Source: an uncultured Steroidobacteraceae bacterium
GTDB taxonomy: Bacteria; Pseudomonadota; Gammaproteobacteria; Steroidobacterales; Steroidobacteraceae
Length of the DNA stretch: 63,847 nt
Direction of reading: 5' to 3'
Assembly (NCBI GenBank): GCA_964657675.1
Contig: CAZZWE010000003.1
Coordinates: forward strand, 1-63,847
Below the pieces are notes generated by a model. That model was not told where the DNA came from, did not search any database, and was given only the letters and a program-made list of their open reading frames with translations. A program made the position numbers and the translations under genes. Shown in pieces: positions 45,901 to 53,308 of this stretch (positions are counted from its first letter, which is position 1; each line of letters begins with the position of its first letter).

Positions 45901-46282
45901 CCGCATCCATCAGCCAAATATTTTCGATGCCGCCACGGTCGCTGCTGAACGCAATCGTTTTGCCATCCGGCGAGTAGCGTGGATGCGAGTCCCACGCCGG
46001 TCCGGTGCTGATGGCCCGGGCGGTGCCGCCGCTGATCGGCAAGGTGTAGATGTCGCCCAAGAGATCGAATGCCAGTGTGCGGCCATCCGGGGACACATCC
46101 ACCGACATCCACGTGCCTTCGGTCGTATCGAAACTGATCCGACGGGCATCGGCGCGCGGCTTGTTGATATCGGCGGCAACATCCGGCGCTTTGGCGGCGG
46201 GCGGCGTCGGCGCGTCGGCAGCCATGGCGGAGAGGCAGGCCGAACCCGCCATGAAAGTGAGTGCAATAGAAAGCCTGCGCAT
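42917..46282 (-). CDS. exported TolB/PD40 beta-propeller repeats fused to a metal-dependent amidohydrolase (1121 aa)
   Basis: Signal peptide. About ten SPDG/TPDG..IAF-type PD40 repeats occupy the first 650 aa or so. The amidohydrolase domain follows (GLIDTHAHLHY). Confidence 0.85.
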   Translation of the reverse strand: MRRLSIALTFMAGSACLSAMAADAPTPPAAKAPDVAADINKPRADARRISFDTTEGTWMSVDVSPDGRTLAFDLLGDIYTLPISGGTARAISTGPAWDSHPRYSPDGKTIAFSSDRGGIENIWLMDADGGNPRPLTTEKDAYVRSAAWTPDGNYMVARKEDGKRAGIPPVELWVYHREGGGGIKLTSADDANNAGGAVVSKDGRYIYYSVRPRSFNYIPNLSNGLWQIVRFDRVTSQTLPITSGYGGAARPAISPNGKVLVYTSRRDDDTVLIARDLGSGAELILAQPVTRDEQEGFAQMDLWPNYAFTPDGAAVIFSDRGKLVRVEVSTGARHEIPFTAHVDQSLAPLVTWQEKTEQGPVRARIIRWPSESQNNKFVAFEAFGRIWLQSLADGKPTGAPRRLTVDNKAASPREYAPDISPDGQWIAFVSWGDSEAGQVWKVRAQPGSKPVRLTTQAGHYANPTWSPDQRHIAVSRGSGLELRGRQPEDEEYFTLAVLSSSGGDVQPVVAVKPGEANKFNPQAFWSADSTRLLYLEPQETKKPTDDPKSDLVSVRLDGTDSKHLLRLPAVGELVPSPDEQWVAYTLDDNVYVTPMPGVVAKEPAEVSLKDGAVPIYRLSDDAGGYVRWADGGKALTWTLASTFHRLPLSNALEFVRARQREAEQKGKSDGADAPKDDKADKKPTVPPSESIELTLTAPRATATGSFVLRGARIITENGDTVLEHADVLVTDSRIAAMGTTGSITVPAGAKVYDGEGKTVIPGLIDTHAHLHYSAYEIFPEAKWQYLANLAYGVTTVYDPSAPSLDVFSQAQDVEAGVMIGPRVYSSGTILYGGQQTGIYAEINSLDDARRQVRRMQAYGARMIKVYQQPRRSQRIWLAQACRELHMLLTAEGGGELSTDLTMVTDGYTAWEHALPVQLSSDAVNFIAQSKTFYTPTLLVAYGGPWGELYYWQNQNPHDDAKLNRFVPHDSIDKMARRHPWIWPNEYFFPIVAHGAAEVLRAGGNVSLGAHGQLQGLGPHWELWAMAGEGAAQKNYAMTPAEALRASTILAAEKLGLAVDLGSIEVGKLADFVVLNANPLEDIHNSVKIQWVVKNGEVWDGETMKALWPREAAAPTFFWHSR

Positions 46283-46340
46283 GGGATGCCTTGAGTTGAG
46301 ATGAGTGTCGCCATCATAGGGCGACCCTTGAATCCCGTCA

Positions 46341-46397
46341 TCTTTGTCACTCCCCCGCCCCGATCGAATCGCTGCAGAATAATTCGAGTGACAAAGA
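46341..46397 (+). promoter_or_regulatory. 12-bp perfect inverted repeat in the DUF899 leader
   Basis: TCTTTGTCACTC (46341-46352) and GAGTGACAAAGA (46386-46397) are separated by 33 nt. The right arm abuts the GAGGAGAGAG SD of ATG 46411. Confidence 0.45.
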
Positions 46398-46410
46398 GGA
46401 GAGAGTCAAC

Positions 46411-47145
46411 ATGAAAACCCCACCGATCGTGACGCGGCAAGAATGGGATGCCGCGCACCAGCGTCTGCTCGTCCAAGAGAAGGCCTTCAGCAAAACCCGC
46501 GACGCGTTGGCCGCCGAGCGCCGCCGCATGCCGCGGCTTGCGGTCGATAAGTTTTATGCCTTTGACGGCCCCTCCGGCCGGGTGGGACTTCACGACCTGT
46601 TTCAAGGTCGCCGGCAACTCATCGTTTACCGCGCGTTTTTCGAACCCGGCGTGCACGGTTGGCCCGATCACGCCTGTATCGGTTGTTCTCTGGGCGCCGA
46701 CCAGGTCGGCCATCTGGCGCACTTGAACGCGCGCGACACCACGCTGGTGTATGCCTCGCGTGCGCCGCAACCCGCCATCGCGAAGCTGAAGGCACGCATG
46801 GGTTGGCACATGCCGTGGGTCACGATCACCGATGATTTCGACAAGGACTTCGGGGTGGATGAATGGCATGGCCACAACGCCTTCATCTGCGACGGCGAAC
46901 AGATTTTTCGCACCTACTTCATCAACGGCCGCGGCGATGAGGCGATGGGAACGGTATGGAGCTATCTCGACATGACGGCACTGGGGCGCCAAGAACTCTG
47001 GGAGGATTCCCCCGAGGGCTACCCGCAAACCCGCCCCTACAAATGGTGGAATTGGCACGATTCGTATGTTCCCGATGCCCCACCTGACCCAAAGTGGGTG
47101 GCAGTGTCCGATGCCGGCGAAGCCGCCTTCAAGAACGGGCGCTGA
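46411..47145 (+). CDS. DUF899 thioredoxin-like family protein
   Basis: The N-terminus (TRQEWDAAHQRLLVQEKAFSKTRDALAAERRRMP) and the CIGCS region are typical of DUF899. Strong SD. Confidence 0.8.
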   Translation: MKTPPIVTRQEWDAAHQRLLVQEKAFSKTRDALAAERRRMPRLAVDKFYAFDGPSGRVGLHDLFQGRRQLIVYRAFFEPGVHGWPDHACIGCSLGADQVGHLAHLNARDTTLVYASRAPQPAIAKLKARMGWHMPWVTITDDFDKDFGVDEWHGHNAFICDGEQIFRTYFINGRGDEAMGTVWSYLDMTALGRQELWEDSPEGYPQTRPYKWWNWHDSYVPDAPPDPKWVAVSDAGEAAFKNGR

Positions 47146-47373
47146 ATGACGCGTGTCTTTCGCCAAGGGTTGTCGCTTGCGGCCGCGCCGACCTTCGCGC
47201 TGATGGCGTTGCTGAACGGGATCGATGCCGGCGGCAGCGCGCACCCCCTGTGTTCGGCCGCCACGGCCGGCCTGCCGTGGAATGGAATGACGACTATGTA
47301 CCTGGTGATGAGCGTGTTTCACTTGGCACCCTGGCTACAGCTGCATCGGCACGATTTTCGCGGGTCACATTAG
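47146..47373 (+). CDS. small membrane protein (75 aa), unknown
   Basis: The ATG immediately follows the DUF899 stop. GC3 is high. Two hydrophobic segments are present (AAAPTFALMALL; MTTMYLVMSVFHLAPW). Confidence 0.5.
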   Translation: MTRVFRQGLSLAAAPTFALMALLNGIDAGGSAHPLCSAATAGLPWNGMTTMYLVMSVFHLAPWLQLHRHDFRGSH

Positions 47374-47391
47374 TGCGGATCGAGTCGCTCG

Positions 47392-49182
47392 TTAAAATAC
47401 AACCGGGGACACTCGCAGCACCACCCGCACCAGCGTTCCCTGCTCGGGCTTACTCTGTATTACGAGCTCTGCGCCAATGAGTTCGGCTTGTTCACGCAGC
47501 CCGAGAATCCCGAAGTGACCCGCGGGGATCTCCTGGGGCTCGAAGCCCACGCCGTTATCTTCGATTTGCAGCGTTAACGTGGTTTCATCATCCGAGCTCA
47601 GCCGAAGCGAGACCTTGGTCGCTTTGGCGTGACGCTCGATGTTGCGCAAAATCTCCTGAGCCATGCGCACGAGGGTCTCTGCTCGCTCATCGCCAAACCG
47701 CGCACCGGCATCGTCTGCCTGGAATTCGCCGGTGATCCCGGTGGAATTAACGAAGCGCTCGAACACCTCGGCGAGCGCGGGCCCCAGGCCTGATTCGCGC
47801 ACCGCCGTGGCGCGCATCTGGGTAATGGCCCTGCGCGCTTCCTGCAGGCCTTCGTGCGCGATCAGTTCGGCGCGCGCCAGTTCCTTCGCCAGCGCTTTGG
47901 GATCTCGGTCCTGCAGCCTGCGAAGAAATCGAATTTCACTCAAGATCGCCATCATGGAATGGGCCAGCGTGTCGTGTAAGTCCCGGGCGATCCGCAATCG
48001 TTCCCGCACGATGGCCGCGTAACGGGATTCATCCGCGAGGCGCTCGACTTCACGCGTGCGCACTGCCACGCGATGCTCAAGTTCACCGCGCTCTTGGGCC
48101 AACTCCTCCAGCAGCTTGGAGAATGCATGGCCGAGGCGGGCGACCTCATCGGCGCCGGTGGGTACCTCGATACCCTTCGACTCCTGTCCGACGCTGGCTA
48201 CCGACAGCGCCAGCCTTTGCAGTCGTCGGGTCAATTGCCTCACGCCTAAAATCCCAAGCACACACGTCAGCACGCCGAGAAACAGTGAAACTTCCAAAAT
48301 TCGCAGCGCCACTGCATTGGCACGCTGAAACACCCTTTCGTTGGGATCGCTTAATTGAACCCGCCAGCCGAGCGCATTGATTTCATCGGTGGCGCTCAAG
48401 GGGGAACGGGCGATGAGCACGCGGCGCCCATCCGGAAGCCGCTCGAACCGCGGGGCTTCCAGCCCATCTCCTGAAGTCTCGGCCACGCCGGGCCAGGGCT
48501 TGCCGACCAGATCCCGTGGACCCAACAGCACCAGACCCGACTGATCGAGGACGCTGACTTCGGTGACGATGTTGGGTTCGTCGGTGAGACGCTCCGGATG
48601 ATTCGCGGCCCGCCGCCAGCTGACATGACTGGCAACCACGCCGAGCGGTCGATTCAAATCATCGTGCACAGGAATGGCCAAGTCACCCAGTTCGGTCACC
48701 GTGTTCGATGAAGGCGACGAGGCGAGCGATTCGGAACCCCCGACGTAGAGCCAGAGTCCTCGCAACCCAGCGAGGGCCCACGACTGGGCGTGCGCGGCCG
48801 CGTCGTCCGGTTGCGGCAAGCGGGATGCGATTACCACACCGCGCGCGTCGGCCGCCGCCAGCCACTCCAGATGCGGATACGCGGCCTCGAGTTTTTCAAA
48901 AACACGACGCACGTCAACCGGTGCGCCGCCGTCGGCTCGCGCTAGGGCCGCGGTGCTGCGTACCGCATCGAGCCGTGCGGCCAGCGCTTGGCTCAAGTCG
49001 GTGCCCAGTTGATCCGTTTCAAGCGATAAGCGGCGCACATGCTGCTCCAACACATTCATGCGGGCAATGTGTCCCACCCAAACCGCTGCTGCGAGCGAAA
49101 AGGTCATGGCGAGGCCGACAATCAGCCAAATAGCCGCGGCGGCCAGGCTTCTCCTCGGGTCCAAACTGGACAGGAATTTCAT
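47392..49182 (-). CDS. sensor histidine kinase, NarL-partner (HisKA_3) type, with periplasmic sensor and HAMP
   Basis: Two TM helices flank a periplasmic domain of about 280 aa. A HAMP-like linker, H-box RIARDLHDTLAHS and a C-terminal HATPase domain follow. Confidence 0.88.
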   Translation of the reverse strand: MKFLSSLDPRRSLAAAAIWLIVGLAMTFSLAAAVWVGHIARMNVLEQHVRRLSLETDQLGTDLSQALAARLDAVRSTAALARADGGAPVDVRRVFEKLEAAYPHLEWLAAADARGVVIASRLPQPDDAAAHAQSWALAGLRGLWLYVGGSESLASSPSSNTVTELGDLAIPVHDDLNRPLGVVASHVSWRRAANHPERLTDEPNIVTEVSVLDQSGLVLLGPRDLVGKPWPGVAETSGDGLEAPRFERLPDGRRVLIARSPLSATDEINALGWRVQLSDPNERVFQRANAVALRILEVSLFLGVLTCVLGILGVRQLTRRLQRLALSVASVGQESKGIEVPTGADEVARLGHAFSKLLEELAQERGELEHRVAVRTREVERLADESRYAAIVRERLRIARDLHDTLAHSMMAILSEIRFLRRLQDRDPKALAKELARAELIAHEGLQEARRAITQMRATAVRESGLGPALAEVFERFVNSTGITGEFQADDAGARFGDERAETLVRMAQEILRNIERHAKATKVSLRLSSDDETTLTLQIEDNGVGFEPQEIPAGHFGILGLREQAELIGAELVIQSKPEQGTLVRVVLRVSPVVF

Positions 49183-49198
49183 GCGCCCACCCTAACAG

Positions 49199-49215
49199 GT
49201 GACCAAAGTCACTTC
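49199..49215. promoter_or_regulatory. palindromic motif GTGAC-CAAA-GTCAC-TTC in the HK/RR divergent intergenic region
   Basis: Read directly from the sequence. It lies 17 nt upstream of the HK start and 55 nt upstream of the RR start. A second copy has the same arms at 50010-50026. Confidence 0.5.
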
Positions 49216-49269
49216 CAAACCGCTCGCGTGAAGCCGCATGATGGCAGCAGAAGGCAAGACCATGAGGTG

Positions 49270-50013
49270 ATGACATGCGGGTTCGGGGTTGCTAGCGTGA
49301 ACGTCGGTGAGCCAATCGACAGCCCTACCATTCGCATCGTGATTGCGGAGGATCAGGCGCTGGTGCGACGCGGCGCCGCGATTTTGCTGTCGATGGAACC
49401 CGACATGGAAGTTGTCGGCCAAGCGCGCAACGGAGTCGAGGCGGTTGAACTCGCGCAACTGCTGCGGCCGGACGTCGTTCTGATGGACTTGCATATGCCG
49501 CTCAAGGGCGGCGTCGCCGCCACGCGGGAAATCACCAAGGCATTGCCGGGCACGCAGATCTTGGTACTGACCACCCTCGATGATGACGAAACGGTCTTCG
49601 AGGCGGTGCGCGCCGGCGCTCAAGCCTATCTTCTCAAGGATGCCAGCGAGGATGAACTGCTGGAAACCATCCGCGCGCTGAAACGCGGCGAGTCCCGACT
49701 AACGCCGCAGATCGCCCGCAAAGTCATGGACCAATTTCGCCGGCTGGCAGCGTCCCCACCCACCCCGCAAGAAAGCCCGCGCGAGATGACAGGACGCCTT
49801 GCAGTGGTATCGGCGCGAGCGCCCATCACCGAACCACTCACCGATAAGGAAGAGCGGATTTTGGAGCTGATCGCCGAGTGCATGACCAACAAGCAGATTG
49901 CCCAGACATTGTCGCTCGCGGAAGGCACGATCAAGAATTACATCAGCCGCATCATGGAAAAGCTGCACGCCAACACCCGGACTGAACTCGCCCTGCTGTC
50001 AAAGCGGATGTGA
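49270..50013 (+). CDS. NarL/FixJ (LuxR-type HTH) response regulator
   Basis: Receiver motifs IVIAEDQALVRRG and DVVLMDLHMP. LuxR HTH region LTDKEERILELIAECMTNKQIAQTLSLAEGTIKNYISRIMEKL. The Pro-rich linker is unusually long. The ORF opens at 49039; ATG 49270 is preceded by GAGGTG. Confidence 0.88.
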   Translation: MTCGFGVASVNVGEPIDSPTIRIVIAEDQALVRRGAAILLSMEPDMEVVGQARNGVEAVELAQLLRPDVVLMDLHMPLKGGVAATREITKALPGTQILVLTTLDDDETVFEAVRAGAQAYLLKDASEDELLETIRALKRGESRLTPQIARKVMDQFRRLAASPPTPQESPREMTGRLAVVSARAPITEPLTDKEERILELIAECMTNKQIAQTLSLAEGTIKNYISRIMEKLHANTRTELALLSKRM

Positions 50014-50026
50014 CTTTAGTCACTTC
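50010..50026. promoter_or_regulatory. palindromic motif GTGAC-TTTA-GTCAC-TTC upstream of RND operon 2
   Basis: It overlaps the RR stop codon, 76 nt before the RND permease ATG. An extra half-site GTGACTTTC follows at 50032-50040. Confidence 0.5.
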
Positions 50027-50101
50027 TAGTCGTGACTTTCGGCCCCTGACTTCCCAGATTCGCTAGCCCAAGATCAAAGGCACTCAAATTGAGGGCCTTG
50101 C

Positions 50102-53100
50102 ATGTCTGTCGTCGAAACCGCACTGAAGCGACCCTACACCGTCGCCGCAGTTCTCATCCTGGTCACCCTGATGGGGATCGGTGCGGCACTGCGCATGCCC
50201 ATCGATATATTTCCCGAAATCGACATCCCCGTGGCTGCCGTGGTGTGGACCTACAACGGCATGAGCGCGAAGGATATCCAAAACCGCATCCTGACCTTGC
50301 ATCAGCGGCAATTGGCTTCATTGGTTGATGACATCTCGCGCATCGAGGCAGTCAGCTATCAAGGCGTGGGGGTGGAGAAGATCTATCTGCATGAAGGCGC
50401 CGATGTGACCCGGGCCGTGTCGCAGTTGGCGAGCAGCGCCTTGGTGGTGCTCAAGTACATGCCACCGAATATTACGCCGCCGCTGGTCCTGCGCTACGGC
50501 GCCACCGATGTACCCATCATCCAACTCAGCCTGTCCAGCAAATCCCTGCCGGACACCAAGCTCAACGACCTGGGACAGAACATCATCCGCCCCGCACTGG
50601 CCGTGGTGCATGGCGCCGAGGTGCCCTATCCCTATGGCGGCAAACCGCGCGTCATCATGGCGGATCTGGACATGCAAGCTCTGCAGGCTCGAGGCCTGTC
50701 GCCCTCGGACGTGAGCGGCGCCCTGCAACATCAAAACGTCATTTTGCCCGCGGGCGATGTCAAGATCGGCGACAAGGATTACACCCTGGCGATGAACAAC
50801 TCGCCCGATGTGATCGAGACCATCAACTCCTTTCCCATCAAGCAAATCGATGGGCGCACGGTGTTCATGCGCGATGTCGCGCATGTGCATGACGGCTTTC
50901 AGGTGCAGACCAACTCAGTCTCCGTCAACGGGACGCCGGGAGCCTTGATGACGATCCGCAAGACTGGCGGCGTGTCGACGTTGGCGGTGATCGACGGCGT
51001 TCGATCGGCGCTCGAGGATATCAAAAAGGTCCTGCCGCCTGAAGTGTCGATCAAGGCGTTGTTCGATCAATCCATCTTCGTCCGTGCCGCCCTGCATTCG
51101 GTGCTGCTCAGCGCCGGTATGGCCGCGGCACTCACCGCCCTGGTGATCATTCTGTTTCTGGGCAATGTCCGCTTGTCCCTCATCATTCTTGCCGCGATCC
51201 CACTCTCCATCATTACCGCGGTGTTATTCATCAAGCTCGCCGGGCAGACGCTCAATACGATGACATTAGGCGGATTCGCGCTCGCCATTGGGATTCTGGT
51301 CGATAACGGTACGGTCGTCATTGAGAACATCGAACGCCACGTCGGCATGCGTGAACCCCTGCACCAGGCCATCGTGCGGGGCGCCAGCGAAGTGGCCATC
51401 CCCACGTTTCTCTCCACCCTGTGTATCTGTATCGTCTTTGTTCCGGTGTTCCTGCTTCAAGGCACCGCGAAATACCTGTTCTCACCGCTGTCCCTGTCGG
51501 TGATTGGCTCCCTGCTCGCGAGTCTCGCGCTGTCTTTCACGATGGTACCGGTCCTGTTCAACTATCTCATGCGCGGCTCGGTGCACGAATTTGAGACCGA
51601 AGGGAATGCCGCTGCCGCACCTTCCAAGGCGGCTTCGAAGAACATTCTGGTGCGTTTCCAAGCGGGGTTCGAGCGGCACTTCGAGCGCTTCCGCGAGGGC
51701 TATCGCGACACGCTGTCGTGGGCGCTCTCGCAGGCCCGCCTGACGGTGCTTGCTTTCATTAGTCTGATTGTTCTGTCAGCCGCTCTGTTCCCATTTCTCG
51801 GACGAGATTTTTTCCCGCAAGTAGACGCAGGACAGATGCGCCTGCACGTCAGAGCGCCCGCGGGCACCCGGCTCGAGAGAACACAACAGTATTTTTCTGC
51901 GGTAGAAGCGCAAATCCGGACGCTGGTGGGTAACGATCAAATCGATGTGATGCTCGACAACATCGGCTTACCCTACAGCGGCATCAACATCGCCTTGAGC
52001 GATTCGGCCACGGTGGGCCCGATGGACGGGGAGATCTTGATCTCGCTGACCGAAAAGCACGCGCCCACCGCCAAAATCATCGCCATGCTGCGCAAAGAGC
52101 TGCCGCATCGCTTTGCCGAACTGCAGTTCTTCTTCCAGCCCGCCGACATCGTCGATCAAGTGTTGAATTTCGGGCAGCCCGCGCCCATCGATGTGAGGAT
52201 TTCCGGTCCCAATCAAGAAGAAGCCTTTGCACTCGCATCGAAAATTGCCCGCTCGCTCACGCGCGTAGCGGGGGTCGTCGATTCCCACGTATTTCAGGTG
52301 CCCAATGCGCCGGCGCTGACGGTGAACCTGGATCGCGCCCTGGCCACCCAGACGGGGGTCACACAACAGGAGGCGGCGAATAACGTGCTGGTGGCTACCA
52401 ATTCGAGCGCGCAAACAGCACCGAATTTTTGGATCGATCCGCGCAACAGTGTGAGTTACCCCTTGGTCGTGCAAGTGCCCACCTACCGCATCGGCTCTTC
52501 GCAAGATCTGGAAACGCTGCCCGTCACCTCGTCAGCGGGAGATTCCGCAGGACAGTTGCTGCTGAATTTGGCCTCGTTTGGTCGCGAATCACTTCCGCTG
52601 GTCACCTCGCAGTTGAACATCCGGCCCGTGTTTGACGTGCACGCCGATGTGCAAGGCCGGGATCTGTATTCCGCCGCGGCGGATATTGACAAGGTGCTCA
52701 AGGAAAACCGGCCGGATGCCTCCAAGGCGCTGACGCTGACCCTGAGTGGCCAGGTTGAGACCATGCGCGAGAGCTACACCGGCCTGTTCACCGGCATCGC
52801 ACTCGCCATCGTGCTCGTGTACCTGTTCCTGGTCATGAACTTTCAAAGCTGGATCGATCCGCTGATCGTGCTGATGGCCGTGCCGTTTGCCCTCGGCGGC
52901 GTGCTGTGGATGTTGTTTCTGTCACAGACACCCATGAGTGTACCGGCGCTCATGGGCACCCTCATGTGTATTGGGTTGACCACCGCCAACAGCATTTTGG
53001 TGGTGAGCTTTGCCAATCAGCGCATGGCGGCCGGCGACGATCCGCTCCAGGCCGCGATCACGGCCGGCTACACGCGCCTGCGTCCTGTGCTGATGACCGC

Positions 53101-53308
53101 CGGCGCCATGATTCTAGGGATGGTGCCTATGGCCTTGGGAATCGGCGAGGGCGGCGAACAAAATGCGCCGCTGGGTCGTGCCGTGATCGGCGGACTTTTG
53201 TTTGCGACGCTCGCGACATTGATCTTTGTTCCCACCATGTACCGGCTGCTGCGCCGCGTGCCCGTCACCGTTTCTCATTCCCCAGGTACCGCCCATGCAA
53301 CCGCATGA
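50102..53308 (+). CDS. RND efflux permease (operon 2)
   Basis: 1068 aa with RND architecture. It is a clear paralogue of 19756-22938 (LKRPYT, RMPIDIFP, YPYGGK, GILVDNGTVVIENI). GAGGG SD. Confidence 0.9.
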   Translation: MSVVETALKRPYTVAAVLILVTLMGIGAALRMPIDIFPEIDIPVAAVVWTYNGMSAKDIQNRILTLHQRQLASLVDDISRIEAVSYQGVGVEKIYLHEGADVTRAVSQLASSALVVLKYMPPNITPPLVLRYGATDVPIIQLSLSSKSLPDTKLNDLGQNIIRPALAVVHGAEVPYPYGGKPRVIMADLDMQALQARGLSPSDVSGALQHQNVILPAGDVKIGDKDYTLAMNNSPDVIETINSFPIKQIDGRTVFMRDVAHVHDGFQVQTNSVSVNGTPGALMTIRKTGGVSTLAVIDGVRSALEDIKKVLPPEVSIKALFDQSIFVRAALHSVLLSAGMAAALTALVIILFLGNVRLSLIILAAIPLSIITAVLFIKLAGQTLNTMTLGGFALAIGILVDNGTVVIENIERHVGMREPLHQAIVRGASEVAIPTFLSTLCICIVFVPVFLLQGTAKYLFSPLSLSVIGSLLASLALSFTMVPVLFNYLMRGSVHEFETEGNAAAAPSKAASKNILVRFQAGFERHFERFREGYRDTLSWALSQARLTVLAFISLIVLSAALFPFLGRDFFPQVDAGQMRLHVRAPAGTRLERTQQYFSAVEAQIRTLVGNDQIDVMLDNIGLPYSGINIALSDSATVGPMDGEILISLTEKHAPTAKIIAMLRKELPHRFAELQFFFQPADIVDQVLNFGQPAPIDVRISGPNQEEAFALASKIARSLTRVAGVVDSHVFQVPNAPALTVNLDRALATQTGVTQQEAANNVLVATNSSAQTAPNFWIDPRNSVSYPLVVQVPTYRIGSSQDLETLPVTSSAGDSAGQLLLNLASFGRESLPLVTSQLNIRPVFDVHADVQGRDLYSAAADIDKVLKENRPDASKALTLTLSGQVETMRESYTGLFTGIALAIVLVYLFLVMNFQSWIDPLIVLMAVPFALGGVLWMLFLSQTPMSVPALMGTLMCIGLTTANSILVVSFANQRMAAGDDPLQAAITAGYTRLRPVLMTAGAMILGMVPMALGIGEGGEQNAPLGRAVIGGLLFATLATLIFVPTMYRLLRRVPVTVSHSPGTAHATA

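Noticed and set aside
45910-47322. 470-aa minus-strand ORF spanning the amidohydrolase 5' end, the intergenic region and the antisense of DUF899
   Set aside because: It crosses a promoter region with SD and ATG signals belonging to other genes. Its composition is Arg/Gly/Pro-rich junk. Both overlapped genes have recognisable families.
49039-49269. N-terminal 77-codon extension of the response-regulator ORF, overlapping the HK start and the intergenic operator
   Set aside because: The receiver domain begins just after ATG 49270, which has a GAGGTG SD. The extension is His/Arg/Gln-rich and would overlap the divergent kinase gene. Similar upstream extensions were trimmed at 18572-18724, 19770-19871, 22939-23061, 29539-29646 and 40531-40620.
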